This document shows positions 1 to 13,324 of a stretch of 64,000 nt of DNA, in pieces. This DNA comes from Acanthaster planci (taxonomy: Eukaryota), in NCBI RefSeq assembly GCF_001949145.1, contig NW_019091361.1, forward strand, positions 915,452-979,451. The letters are read 5' to 3'. The notes below the pieces were generated by a model. It did not search any database, was not told the origin of the DNA, and saw only the letters and a list, made by a program, of their open reading frames with translations. The number at the start of each line of letters is the position of its first letter. Position 1 is the stretch's first letter. Position numbers and translations under genes: made by a program.

Positions 1-438
1 GCGAAGTTTTGTTCTGAAGGGTGAGGACTAGAAGAGGCATTTTCATCCGTGTTTTATGGCTTTAAGCGATGTCTCCTCTCCCTCTGAGCAAAACTGTGGA
101 TGTTGGTCTTTGTTTATCGTGATCTTTGGTCAGGGGAAGGTGAAAATGGAAATGTTTGTGTTAAACAACTGTCCAGTCATTTTTCATTCGTAAAAGAATG
201 CTCCCCCGAAGAATGATGTCGTACGCGTGTTATGTGTACCTTTTCTCACATGATTGACTCCTACAACAAACAAAAAGCCAAAGAGCCAATATGTCGGGGG
301 AGAGGGTTATCCAGTGGAGCCCTGACTGGATATGCCACTGATGTCACTATTTTTAATGAGTTGTCTTTACCAACTCCCCAAGCAGTATTATGTGTTTTGA
401 CAAATATTAACACAATTCGCGATGAATTCCTTGTGCAG

Positions 439-526
439 AGGACTGAAGCCCAGCGACGCAGAGTTTGCCTTCATTAAGAAAGCATTCAGCCTTGAAACAT
501 ACGGGATTGATCCTCATCCTGTGCGG
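439..526 (+). CDS. FRMD5: FRMD3/5-like exon (end of FERM-B lobe)
   Basis: cag| ... |gtaag; GLKPSDAEFAFIKKAFSLETYGIDPHPVR. Confidence 0.88.
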
Positions 527-3500
527 GTAAGTTCATCATGAAATGTTTGCATAAACAGGCAGCAACCAAAGCAGTAACCACCATGTGCTTCTTATACTCT
601 CTGCTACTTGTTTTCCTTCGAGAACAGCATTAAGAGCACTTAGTGCTAGGATCAACTCATCGTGTCTTCACAGGTTAGTGTGTGACAAAGTGGTCAATTC
701 AATCAATTATGGTGTCAGCACATACAGGTACCTGACTAGAACCATTCTTTGATACAGTGTTTGAAAGACTATTTGTCCGAGTTGAAAAACCAAGCTCGGT
801 TGAATTCAACATCATGTATTGCAAAAGTGATGCTTAATTAGAAGCTGGTTAATCAGTTCATGTCATAACTTGGCATGTCATAACTTGACAAACTTTCTCC
901 TTTTTGGCTAGGATATCTACGGCACTTCTCTGCACATTGGCATGAACCACACCGGTCTCTTGGTGTTCCGAGCTAACGCTGTGGTGGAAACATTCAAATG
1001 GGACGACATCAAGAAGTTCAGCTACGAGGGACGGACCTTCTTCATCCATGCTTTAATATCAGAGGTGAGATGGATTTACATAGATCGAATAGTACTTCTG
1101 TTATCGGTCTAAGGTGGTGACATTTTCTCCTGCACGCCGAGACTGGCAGCTGTCTTGTTCATGTTGGCACTGTGCTGCAGGTGTGCTGGCTAAGACAAAG
1201 TCTCATAGAATTAGGCTACATCTGGACTATTTGGCGACAGTAGGCAATACTGTGTGTCGCTGCGGAAGCCATTGGCCAATCGATGGCTTTTAACATATTC
1301 CATAGGTATGCATGTAACATCTAACCGCAGCCGAGCATTATGGACACAGTCATTCAGGAGAGCTGGAGTAGCTAGATTTGGAGGGTGGAGCTTGTTTAGA
1401 CGGCTTCCTATCCTATTCACATAATTGGAACTGAATTATGTCAGGTTCACAAGTGAGAATGCATATACCTATACACTGTATGCAAAACTTTATACTTCAT
1501 GAAAAAGTGGAGGTGATTTCGCCGAGCTGAACTGTATTCAACTTCTGCAAATTTTAGCTATGAATTTGGATTTGAAGTCCCAAATTTTACATTTAAATCT
1601 TCAAGTTGAGAATAAACTGACATTAATGCTAGACAGACTTGCCCGCCTAACTTTGCTGTAGAGAGTTATTAAGGTATGCTGACATAGGCATTTTTGAGTT
1701 TCATGAAACCAATGTCTGATATTTGTAATGATGTATTTTCATGCAAATGAGTAAAATGAGCGAATTTTAGATAAACATAATAGCCAAACGTTGTCACAAA
1801 GTGGACATTTTAAGCCATTTCCCACTTACTTTGTCTTCCATCGTTAAGCACAAGTTTTCTCAACAATATTGCTAAGGATTACAGCCAAACTGCGTAGTTA
1901 TTTGCCATGGGGCTTGGATGGTAACCGACCACTGGAACATTAAGAAAGAAACTGCCTTTGTGATTGCCTGCCCAAATGAATTAAGTGTGATTCCATGTTT
2001 GACTACAGAGACGAGTGAATCATGGCTTTAGGTTACCAACATCAGCAGCTACAAAACATCTCTGGAAGAGTGCTCTAGACCTCCAGGCTTTCTACAAGTA
2101 AGTTCCCACTTTGGAGATTGTGCACTCCTTTCTTTTCTTCTTAGTAATGCCCCTATATCTCATTAAAAGATTAAAATCTGGCAAAGTAGAAGGCTTTCTT
2201 GCATAAGAAGGGAACAAAGGACAACTTTCACCTTTGCAGTAGTTTTAATGTCTCGGTGGTGTTCTAGAGGGAAAATAATTTCAATCACTCATGCGTTTTT
2301 TAATGACAACTGTCATGCTTGTAACTTAAAAGGCATATACATGAAACATTATCTGCAGTTTTTATGCAATCGCACCTTATTGTCTTGCAGTGTCGTTTTT
2401 TTTTTACCAAATTGACATAAAATGACCAACAAAATGACAAAGAATGCATGTAGTGTGCAGCTGTAGATGATCTAATTCAGTCAAGATACAATTTTAGAGG
2501 GATTTAGGGGTTTTGTACTGTACATATCTTCTACTCTCTCTCTCCTCATGTACATGCATTTTGTTTGAGTTTGACTTCCTAAAATAGACATTGTATCGAA
2601 AAAAAAAGGACGTAAAATGAAGAGCCCTTTTCTCCCTCCAGGTGCCCAAAAGGTGTTTCAAGGATCTTCTCTGAGTCCCTTTATGCAATGCAGACTTCCA
2701 CAGTTTTTGAGTGGATGCATAGGTGTTAACAGTAGTCATGGGTCTGCTTGTTCTCATAAAAGGTCAATGTATCAAGTATCTCTATTGACTTTAATGCGTA
2801 CAATGGTGGCGTACCCCGGAGACTTGAGCTTTGTCAGAAAATATGCCCAGCTTACCTGTACATCATGTACATTTCCTAAGCACCTGTCTTTATGCGCTAT
2901 GTACATGTACCAGTACCAAACAGCATGTACCGGTACATGTACATTGTACACATACATGTACATGTGCATTAAAGTGAAGTGGAAAGTGTAATGTGCACAT
3001 ACGAGTACATGTACCGGTACATGTATGGTGCATGTTAATTAATTGAATGGACTAGGGTGATTATGTCGTTGCATACAATGACAGGTGTTGCTTATGAACT
3101 TGGCATGCATGGCCTGTACCACTACCGGTACATACACATAAAATATAATGTGCCATCAGGCCGTAACTCTGTCAGACATGCGTTAGCCCCTGTGTCTAGT
3201 CTTACTTGTATCTATATTTTTGTGAGTTTAATATCATGTCTTAGAATTGAGAGCATCACAGCATTGAATTGGGAGGCCTTCAACACATTGAGAAGAAAAT
3301 GCCTTTTTATATGTGGAATGTAGAAGCATCAAGCACTTGTATGTTCTGTGAATAGTATGCTCATATTTTGTAGAGTATTTGAACGAATACACATACATGT
3401 GTGCAGGCATGTGTACAGGGCATACAAAAAATCTGTTTGCTACATCCAATCTCACACAAACTTACAAGGCATTTGAAGTGCCGTTACCTTAAGTGTAGAG

Positions 3501-6500
3501 TTAAATTTTGTTTTGTAAATTTGTGTTGCTTGTTTCTTTGTTTTTTTTTATTGGTTGATATTTGCTTTTCCCTGAAAAATGTCTGATGTTGCACCAAACA
3601 AGTGTTGAGCTTACTGTACATGGGTCATTCCATGCAGTTGGAGCACAATTTGTGACCGGGTCCATTGTCGCGTGGGTTCCGTAAAAATGAACAGCTATTT
3701 CCCTGCATGGGGATTCCAAATAATACGTGTGCACATCTTGCAAGGCTGAATACAGAGGTGTGTGTTAGTTTTACAGAGTAAATGACCTACTCTACACTCT
3801 ACGGGTCATGAAAGTTACATAAACATTCATTTCACATGTATGTGAAATAAATGTTCATGTAATGCTGTGCCGTAAGATAAGATAAGAATAGAAGTCCTAA
3901 AGATCAAACAACCACAACGGCGTCACCGTTTAACACTAAACAGACGTTGTTTTTCGTGTTTTCTGTTCTGTTGTTAGCTCTACATTTTACACACATTTGT
4001 GAAAGTTTTGTTGACTGTTTTGTAGTCTGCCTAGTTCTTAAAATCATCACTGTACTGTTTCCATTCCTACCCTTAGTCCGGGCATCCAGCGTCGTAGATC
4101 ATCAATACTAGGGTAACGTTAGGGATAAAGCAACTGTATACATTGCACGTACAGTGTACTGATCGCATGGCATAGCATGCATTTGTCTACCCAGTTTCTG
4201 CCTGTTTAAACTTACCCATTTTCCTTGTCCTTTTTCTTTCTTTGAGCTTTTCTTTTGAGCATTTGTTTTCATTCATTCAAAAGGTTTTTCTGCCCTGAAT
4301 CCAGACGTAATTGCATTCCTTCATGTCCCCATGATGCATGTGTGACATTATTATTTCCTGTTTTGACCTGTTTCAAGACTAGACTTTTTTGGATACCTGA
4401 GAGATACAGCATGCATGGTTGTCAAAGGTTGTCATTGTTTATGTGTATTTGTCCTGGAGGGACTAAAATTGCACCTTTTTAGTAAACGGTCATTCTATTT
4501 ATGAAAAAAAGTGCAGTCCAGTGTCCAAAAGACAAGGTACCATACATATGAATATTATGCAGAAGAGACAACAGATCTCGAAAATTTGAAGTCAAAATCA
4601 CAACAGACACAAGACTTGTTCAATAATTTGTAGAGGCTCATACAAGGAAAGTTATGTTATTTTGTGGGTCGTATATATGGTCGCGTATAACGCTACATAC
4701 ATGTACATATACAAACATGCTTCATGTAGTCATGATGTTCACTTTTTTTTTACAAAGTTTGATTCAAATCAAAAGTATCTCAAGTTGACAGCAAGATGCA
4801 CAGATGGAATGACAGACCACCCCCAGCTTATGTATTTTGTATTTATGACGTACATTCAGATCTCCTTTGGCATGTATGGTAATTATTGCATGTCCTGCAT
4901 GGGTTGAGCTGCTCTTCACAGTGAGAAACTATCAGTAATGACATGTCATTCTTGGGGAAATGAAGTACGTACACACATATGTTTTGTTCACCTTGCAAAT
5001 GATCTGTTTTCCTGATGACTGACAACACATTACAGCAAGTATGTACTGGTACCGGGTAGATTTAGCTCTGGCATCTCAAGATGGTAGCTGAAATGATCTC
5101 AAAATGAACAGTTTTCAAAATGCGTCGACCATTTGCCCAATTTCAAACACAGGACATTTTGTGCTTGAGTTAGAGCCAATCACATTAAGATCAGTTTAAT
5201 ACCGTATAAGCAAATGCCCTAAAAGATAAAGAAAACAACCAAAACCAGGATTTTTATCCTTGAAGGAGCATTATTCCTCTTGAAATCCTTGGCCCTTTGT
5301 TGAACCTGTGGTTCTCAAGGTAAAAAAAAAAGCTCCCTGGTTGAAAAACCCTATGTTTAGCTTCCCCTTACCGTTTTGCATGTGCAGTGTGTTGGACCCA
5401 TAGATTCCAGCTGCATCAGTCACATTTACATTCATGTGCATGTACATCATCATTTTATTGTTCTGTTTTCCCTCCTTAGATTTAGGCGGTCCAGCGAAGT
5501 AACTACCCATACCTCTGGTGGCTTCTTCAGAGGCAGTCGATTCAGATTCAGGTCAGGAAAAAGAAGAAAAGATACACAAAACTAAGGCCATCCAAGCAAA
5601 CTTTCAAGTTTTGTTCTATATCATTTTATCAAGAATGGCTGATAATCAGTACTTCGTTCATTTACCACACTGTCATTTTCATTTCACACTGTGGCATAAT
5701 AAGAATGTTGACTGGAACCATATTGCACTGGTATACCCGTGTACCATTTATTTTGCCCACACTGTGAGAGTATTTCACTACTACATGTACATGTGTTTTT
5801 GAAGGCTGATGTGGATTTTATGGGCTCCTAATGTAATATGCCATTAAAATGGCTAGAAGGTGCACTGTATGGATGTGATACAGTGATATATGTTGAAAAT
5901 TAGCATACCGTGTGCATGAATCATTTAAATTTAACACTTTCTTGGTCAAAGGGTAACAGAAATTGAAAACATTTATTTCACAGGAAGTATTAAAAATAAC
6001 ATTGAATACGTAACCATTTCAAAGATATCGTAAATTGAATATTTTCCCCTTTTATTGACCCCAAGATTAATAAAAAGATCCTGCGTTTCCCTGTCTGCAA
6101 AAAATCCCCTTCTGGGCGTTCGCGCTCCAAGGCTGATTGGATGACGTCATCGCCAGAACACTGACATGCACAGTGTACATAGTGCACAGTACATGGCAGT
6201 ATCGCACGCTTGCAGTAGACCACGTTGTTAGCTTGGCCCACAACCAAACACTGTCTCAGTTCAAGAAATACACGTTAGGACTGGGTCTTTTAATTTCTAC
6301 CTTGAACTGAGACAGTGTTTACCTGTGAGACAAGCTACGTAAAACACAACATGGTCTATTGCAAGCTTGCGATACTGCATGTACTGTGTGATATATACTG
6401 TACATGTACACTGTACATGGAAGCGTTCTGGCGATGACGTCATCCAATCAGCCTGGGAGCGCGAACAGCCAAAAGGGGATTTTTTGTGGGAAGGGAAACT

Positions 6501-9287
6501 CAGGATCTTTTAAGTCATTTTTGGGTCACAATTAATGAGGTAAACATTAAATTTATGATGTTTTTGTATGGTTACGTATTTATTGTTATTTTGAATACTT
6601 CACGTGAACTAAATGCGTCCAATTTCTGTTACCCTTTGAATTCCTGTATTGTAGTACTGTGATTATGTATAATGTCAAACCAGCATTTTATAACACTGCC
6701 TAAGTGTTAACATTTGAATACTGAGGTTTTAATAGTGAAGGAAGCTTTGAAACAAATCCTTGCATCTCTTATTCCAAGACATACAAAGTTAATTGATGTA
6801 AATAAGTATCACAACATATGAGTACATACATGTTTGAGATGACGTTCTTTGACAGATTGCGCACTGTACATGCTGGAGTAACACAGCCTATTTCTGTTGG
6901 CAATCTTGACATTTTTCAGTGGTCGCACACAGCGAGAGGTTCGTGAGAAGAGTGCCAGTTTGAGTAGGGAGGAGCCAACGTTTGCTAGGTAAGATCACCT
7001 GCAGGTGCATTAGTTTCTTCAAATTGCAGACTGTAAAGGTTCCAGGAAAATGTTTGTAGGAAAAGTAGAGCTACTGTACATGTAGGTGTTCTGATATCAT
7101 GAGTTCACTAAATAGACCCCCCTCCCAAAAGCACATGCACAGACCCTTTGCCATCTTCAAATGAAGAAAAAAAATTTAATTTTATCTAACAATTTGTGTG
7201 TGTGTTTGAGGGGGGGTTTGGAATGGAACATTTTTTCAATATAAGGGCAAGTAACAAAGTTTCTCATCAAGGTTTTTTTAAAGAGGTACGAGTAAGGAAA
7301 AGGAAACCTTTACCCAATTGTAACCTTTAAACAAGAGGTGACAAGACGATCTTCCTAATTATCATGGAAAAAAGGGAACAGTTTTCCCATTTATGATAGA
7401 AAAATGGGCTTCCACGAGTCACTTTTTGGCCGATTTAGAAACACTCATTATGCCGGTGACCCCATGGGGAGATCCGGCTGTAAACACGGTACATCTTCAC
7501 ATGCGAGTCTCGTGGTAAAGGCTTGCTCAAAATGCAAGGTTCCTGCGTGGTTCTTGTCCACTGCATTGATTGTTCCATATGTCAAGTTTAAGGGCATGAT
7601 TTTGTTGTGTTTTTGTCATAAAATAAAACATGGCCTGGTCTTGTGTAGTTCAGACAGGAGTCTCGTATATTTGGAGGGAAGGGAAGATTTTTAACCTTCC
7701 CGGTTGTTGCAGATGAGTGATATACCAAGGATTGTGGGGGACTGCCTCAACAAATAACCAGTGTTTGCAAGAGCACTCGGAATTTAGAAAAGCGACGAAT
7801 AAGCCTGGCCAACTGCTTGTATTGTGTTGCAGCTGCCTACTCTAATAAGTTTTTTTATTTTTGATTTGTTGCATATTTAGCCCAAACGTAAAAAACTTGG
7901 AAGCAGGGAAAAAACAGATATTGGCAAAGGTGACAGTGTACATGTACATACATTTACACGTACTTTAAAGTGTGATTAATCTTTTCTCAGGAGTCCACCT
8001 CTGATCAGACCTCGCAGGGCACAGTCCTTCAAGGATACAGCATTACATCCACCCAGTGACATCACATTTGATGGTCAGTTCAGTTTTACTCGCAACTAAT
8101 TGGGGCCACTTGGAGAATCTTAGATGGGGACACAGGCTAGAGTTGGGAGATAAAGTGATCGTTCATTGTTGCCCGGAATGTACTGTTTGAGGGTTGGAGA
8201 GACGTGGGGTCAATATAGTGAATTGCTCTATGTTCTGATTTTTGGTTTTGGATTTTTTAGTGTCTCTCAAGTTCACATGGAAGAATTATCGCACACAGCT
8301 AGAGATTCCCTTTAACACACTATTTAGAACTATTTCACATTGGGTAGGTAGATGTATATGTACCAAGGCACAGTTCTTTCTCAGATCTCATCACTGAATC
8401 AAGGACAGAGGTTGGAAATATCACTCTGCAGCGGTGATAAACCTTGAAAAAAAACGGGAGAGCTTGTAGAATTTGAAAAAGAGTACCGAAGTGAATACGT
8501 CACGTGCACAATTAGTGTGTAAAAGGCATTATTGTGAGAACCAGCGCGTGAACCAACACCCGCGCGTATTCCATTCATTTGCACTGTACTTTCTGGTTCA
8601 CAGTGACGTCACACTTCGGTACTCTGTACAATACATGTATTAAGAAATGGCTGAGCCACTGCACCGACCTGAATGCCAGAGGTTGATTTCCCGTTCTCCC
8701 CATCTGCAGGTTTTCCCCAGCTCTCTGGGTCTGATCATTCCACCCCCATCAAGGTTACGGAACCATTCATGACCTACGCCCCTGCCCCTCCCGACAGCAC
8801 CGACGATTCGGACATGCATGCTGACATCGAGGACGCCATTGATAATGTCACGCCGATCATCGAAGAGGAGCCCATTGAGCTGCCAATTGAAGAGGAGACA
8901 GAGGAGGCCGTCCTGAGCAGTGAACAGGCATGGCCGGATCCAGACCTGCCCAGCAATCACGTGGAAGAGGTGCAGGAAGCTCCCATGCCGGAACCAAAAG
9001 AACCTCGGCAGTCCGGAGCCTGGACAGTTGTCAAGGTCACCCTCATGTGCACAGTCCTTGTTCTCGTCATAACAGCCACTATGCTGGTCATCCTGTACGA
9101 AACTGATCACATCCCAACCCTGGATCCCCTCCGACGTGACCAGTCTGTCAGAGACTTCTGGGAGGCCTACTACGTCCCCGTCCGTGCCTGGATAGAAGGT
9201 GGGCTAGAACAGATCGGACTGGCTTACCACCAGCTGCCATCGATTCAAGAGCTGAAGGGTCGCGTCGGTATCAATACAGACACTTGA
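439..9287 (+). CDS. FRMD5: FERM domain-containing protein 3/5-like, 3' part of gene (5' exons lie upstream of the window); join(439..526,912..1064,2009..2097,5480..5551,6920..6988,7991..8073,8710..9287)
   Basis: Spliced translation gives LETYGIDPHPVR, KHLWKSALDLQAFY and GSRFRFSGRTQREV (FERM-C and FERM-adjacent motifs of FRMD3/5), then a C-terminal hydrophobic helix. All introns are GT-AG and phases are consistent. Probably a pro-orthologue of vertebrate FRMD3 and FRMD5. Confidence 0.88.
912..1064 (+). CDS. FRMD5: FRMD3/5-like exon (FERM-C lobe)
   Basis: tag| ... |gtgag; DIYGTSLHIGMNHTGLLVFRANAVVETFKWDDIKKFSYEGRTFFIHALISE. Confidence 0.9.
2009..2097 (+). CDS. FRMD5: FRMD3/5-like exon (end of FERM-C)
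   Basis: cag| ... |gtaag; RRVNHGFRLPTSAATKHLWKSALDLQAFY. Confidence 0.9.
5480..5551 (+). CDS. FRMD5: FRMD3/5-like exon (FERM-adjacent domain)
   Basis: polypyrimidine tag| ... |gtcag; FRRSSEVTTHTSGGFFRGSRFRFS. Confidence 0.88.
5950..6635. mobile_element. Foldback non-autonomous DNA transposon, Kolobok-like
   Basis: Termini AGGGTAACAGAAATTG / CAATTTCTGTTACCCT; imperfect inverted arms of about 315 bp around a spacer of about 35 bp; flanks TCAA/TTGA (degenerate TTAA); second copy at 37084. Confidence 0.85.
6920..6988 (+). CDS. FRMD5: FRMD3/5-like exon (FERM-adjacent domain)
   Basis: tttttcag| ... |gtaag; GRTQREVREKSASLSREEPTFAR. Confidence 0.88.
7991..8073 (+). CDS. FRMD5: FRMD3/5-like exon
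   Basis: cttttctcag| ... |gtcagt; SPPLIRPRRAQSFKDTALHPPSDITFD; phase 2 to 1 links the flanking exons. Confidence 0.75.
8480..8625. mobile_element. MITE with 14-bp TIR
   Basis: AGAGTACCGAAGTG / CACTTCGGTACTCT; body recurs in reverse orientation at about 43472-43595. Confidence 0.7.
8710..9287 (+). CDS. FRMD5: FRMD3/5-like terminal coding exon: acidic linker plus C-terminal transmembrane segment
   Basis: Lies in ORF 8673..9287; phase-1 acceptor ctgcag at 8709; hydrophobic WTVVKVTLMCTVLVLVITATMLVILYE followed by RDFWEAYYVPVRAWI, resembling the FRMD3/5 tail; TGA at 9285-9287. Confidence 0.85.
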
Positions 9288-11313
9288 TCACTGACCAGTT
9301 CAGGATAGGCTGCTGAAAAAGACACAACTTGTATGGAAACGTCAACCTCTCCATTCACAGTAAGTCACTGTATTGACAAAGATCTCACTTCAGCACATAA
9401 GAAGATTGAAACGTCTTGAAAATGGATTATATCCCTATTCAGGTAATGTTTGCAAATGCGTGCATGGTAGGTGTTTGAATAAGGTTTTAGAACAGTCCCG
9501 AAATGACTGAGAGTTTTTAAGTGGTAGCACTCATTCAGAGTGTTATAAAATCAGTGAGACAAATTTCCAATAAAAATATAAACATTCTGTATAGAGTACT
9601 TTACCTGTAAGTTATGAAAATGATTATGAAGAAGTCCTCGATGCTGAACTACATGTAGATGGAACTTCACCTGTTTTCTCCTGCCAAACTTCAGGTTTGT
9701 GCTAGTATTCAATTTATCTTGATTGCATAATAAAATTGGAGACCTCGTTGAATTGCTTGAATCATGAATAACTAATTGTAGAAAGTGTGATGTGCTCCAT
9801 GTAGCTCTGCGTAAGAGGCCTGAATGAGATGATGTTTCAACTTTCAAGGATATTTGCTCATTTTTCCAGGGAGTAATGATGACTGTACAGCTCTTTGATG
9901 CTCTAGATTAGGAAGTCGTGGTAGTGAATAAACACTGATTGTTTACGATTATCCTTTTTTTGTCTTTTACAAAATGCGGTGAGACTTTTGATTGCCGTTC
10001 AAGTGCAGTGGTTCAGACCGTGATGGGACTGGCTAACGTCCACCTTCTGAAAACGGGAAACTGACAGAAAGCTTTTAACTCTCCATTCACCACAGTGATG
10101 AATTCTGTTATTTTCAGAATTCTATGATTGTGAAAAATTAGTCAGCCAGATTAATTGGCAGGTTTAAACAAGTGTTTCAGAGTTCAATCCATTTGTGTAT
10201 GTGTATCATTACAGTATACCTGCTCTTCCCTAGTATGATGAACTTTTAGAAGAAATTTGGAACACAAACAAAAAAGTAACATGAAAACAGCAAAAAAGGA
10301 GGCTGTTTCAGTTAAACTATTATTGCAGAAGTTTAGCGTTCAACACCTGGATATCCACGTTGATCCAGCGTAAATTGGTACATGTAGTTTTCCACTACCA
10401 AGTTCAGTGACATTCATCCCAAATACCGGTAGTACCTACTCATCTGACAATCAGAATTTGGTTGTGATTGTAAAACTCCTACAAAGCTTTACAGTAATCT
10501 CTTTGTAGGGGATAAAATGCAAGGTTGACCGAATCAGGGCAGGACATTGTCAGCTTCCTTGATTTCTAACTTTGTGTTTTAAGTGGATTATGCACCACAC
10601 GTACATGTATATTGTCATATGTTACGCTTGCATGTATTTGACGAAGAAGCCAGCTATGGAACTGAACCCCCCCCTCCAAAAAAAAGAGACTCGTCCATCA
10701 ACACTTCCTTGCATAAATTGTGTCAAATGTCTGTTTTGGTGTGTAAAATTTGTGTTCAGAAGAGCTAGGGGTTAAGATGAGATATCATATGTCGGTATGT
10801 GCCATTGACCAACAACATACATACATGCACACGAACAAAATGTGTCAAATTGCTGTTTTTCCCATGTTGGACTGAGGGCCTGACACCAGTTTTTAGAAAC
10901 AAGGTTACCGCCCATGTACAGAGCACAGTGTACATGTATGTATAATGTTTATGTGTAGGATGCCCAATTGTGAACATTCCCCGAATAAAGACAAACAAGC
11001 AACAAGAAAGCTGCCCAAGGAAAAGTAAAGTCCAATCTGCACTGACTAAAACTTCCAAACAGTGTAGCACATTTTTGGGAGGCACGGTAACCAGCATTGA
11101 CTTGAATTCCACATAGATAGATGAGCCATTGTAACTGCCAAAATGGCCCCATGGCCCATTATCTCTTCTTTTGTTTTCAGTTAGGGCAAGTTCAACAGTG
11201 TTGTCACTTCTAAACTTAGTTTCTGTACCCGGTGTATTTTGTATGAATGATTTGTGCAGACTGAAATATAATAGAGTGCAATTTCAGCATGCTTGGAGGG
11301 AAAAATCGGTTAA

Positions 11314-11429
11314 CCCTAACCTTCCCCGANNNNNNNNNNNNNNNNNNCCAGCCTCTGTGCACAAAGTCCCATATGGGTGTTTAACACTGTGTGAATGGGG
11401 AAGGTTAGGGCCAGCAACCCTTGGGAGGG
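11314..11429. mobile_element. piggyBac-like non-autonomous element spanning an assembly gap
   Basis: TTAA-CCCTAACCTTCCC ... AGGG-TTAA; related to 23346-23561. Confidence 0.55.
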
Positions 11430-13085
11430 TTAAGCTGTGCTGTTTGCCAAATTGAACTGCCTTCAAATGTATCCAGCAGGTGTTCTTTTTTCTCATAAAA
11501 ATGGCAAATGATGAGTGACAAACATAACATCTGCTCTGCTTACACGTGGCGGACAACAACCTCCAATTTTTCCATTTTATTGCACAAAATACCGGAACAT
11601 TGTCCACTCTACATGTATATGCACCTGCATGACTGAAAAAGAACGTAAATATTACACTGTATATTTCAAATAACTTGTCTTTGTGCTGTACTTCTGCCAG
11701 ACATTGTTTTGAAATGGACAGTTCCAGAAGCAGAGTTTTTTTTTTTTGGGGGGGGGCTAATTTTCTTTCAGGGTTGGTCCCCCAAAATGTGACCTTTTAT
11801 CCCTAACAGTCCTCAATCCTTCACCTGTTGGAGGACTGAGGACTGTTAGGGTTATAGCCTGTCTACGTTTTCAGTTTGAGGCAACTTGTGGGCTTTCTCA
11901 CACTTTGGAAAGGAAGGAAAATATAATGGCCCCCGTAAACAAAATACAAAATATCTGTCTGTCACTGTACCGTACATGTATTTCAAAAACATTTTAACCC
12001 CTTGGGGGGTGTCATGGCCCTCGTAGCCCCCTTATGATCTGCTAGTGTTTTAGAGAGCCTTGTATGGATACGGTATTTGCCTGTGCAACTCTTTGGTTGG
12101 AGACATCATTAAAATTTGTGTTCAAATTTGTCAAGTGCATTATTAATTAGTGTAACACACTGTATGTGTGTGCGTCTATTATTGGTGGTGTACATAATCA
12201 CTGTCATGTGGAATTTTATTGACTTCGTAGTGTGTGTTTGTTAAGCTTTTTGTGGCGTGTGCAATGTTGACCATACTCGTACATTTGTTGCAATGAACTA
12301 TCAGTTATGAGCAACCGCGGTTATTTCAGTGGAAGGAGCTACAGTAGTTGTTGAGTACATAAACAGATCAAATAGAAAGACATGGACTGTTAGATTTGTA
12401 TATGTTGGGTGCGAGTGGTCGATCAGCATGATCGCCTGATTGAAGCAATCTTCCATAACCTTGAAGTGGAAGGAAAGAAAAAACAATCATTAGAAGGTGA
12501 AATTTACCAGATCTTACAGCAAGGTTGACTGAGATTTTTCAGAGAGATCAAGCTACCGGTATCCTGCCCCACTTATGCAAACGTTTATGAAAAGGTGATC
12601 TACAGGCAAGAGTATCATTTGATATCAATGTGTACTATATTTTTGAATGATACAGGTAGTTTGATGGGAAATAATGGCCCTCTGAGGGTTCTTCCCTAAT
12701 TTAAACACTTTATTTCAGTCATGTGAAAGTAGGTTGCAAACTGATGTCTTTTCCAGGAGAGGAAGTCAGAATTTCAGGTGTGAAAAGCTGTGTTCTTGCG
12801 TGGAAATTTATATTTAGTATACAACAATGCCAGATTGATCAAATCGTATTTTCTTATTGATTGGCTTTTACGTAGATATGATTGGAAGCCCAGGTTCTGT
12901 TCTCAAAATACCTGTATTACATGTACATGTAAGTAGTACTGTTGAACAGTTTCATAAGAAGGAAACAAGCTGAGTTGACTGCCTCACCCAAGAACCTATT
13001 TGACACAAATAACTTCAATAATACTTTTTACATGTCACATATCTGGTATTTTAAAAAGTTGGAAATTTCTCAGTGATGGGCCATT

Positions 13086-13324
13086 GAAGGGCGGATCCAT
13101 GGGGGCCAACGGGGGCCATGGCACCATCCCCAAAAAAGCAATGAGCATTTTTTTTAATCAGAGTGAAGATATTTATGAAGGTTATTTTGCGAGGACAGAA
13201 CCATTTTGTTCAGGAAAATGTTTCTGAGCAGCCGCTCAACTGTGATTGGTATAATCAGGGATGCTGTTTACTTGTTTTGCCCCCTTCCCCCAAAAATAAT
13301 AAATTGGGGCTGGATCCGGCCTTG
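13086..13324. mobile_element. MITE with GGCGGATCCA-type TIR
   Basis: gaagggcggatcca / tggatccggccttg imperfect TIR; no clear TSD. Confidence 0.5.

Noticed and set aside
8640..9110. 156-aa ORF on the - strand
   Set aside because: Antisense shadow of the GC-rich terminal FRMD5 exon, with no recognisable motif.
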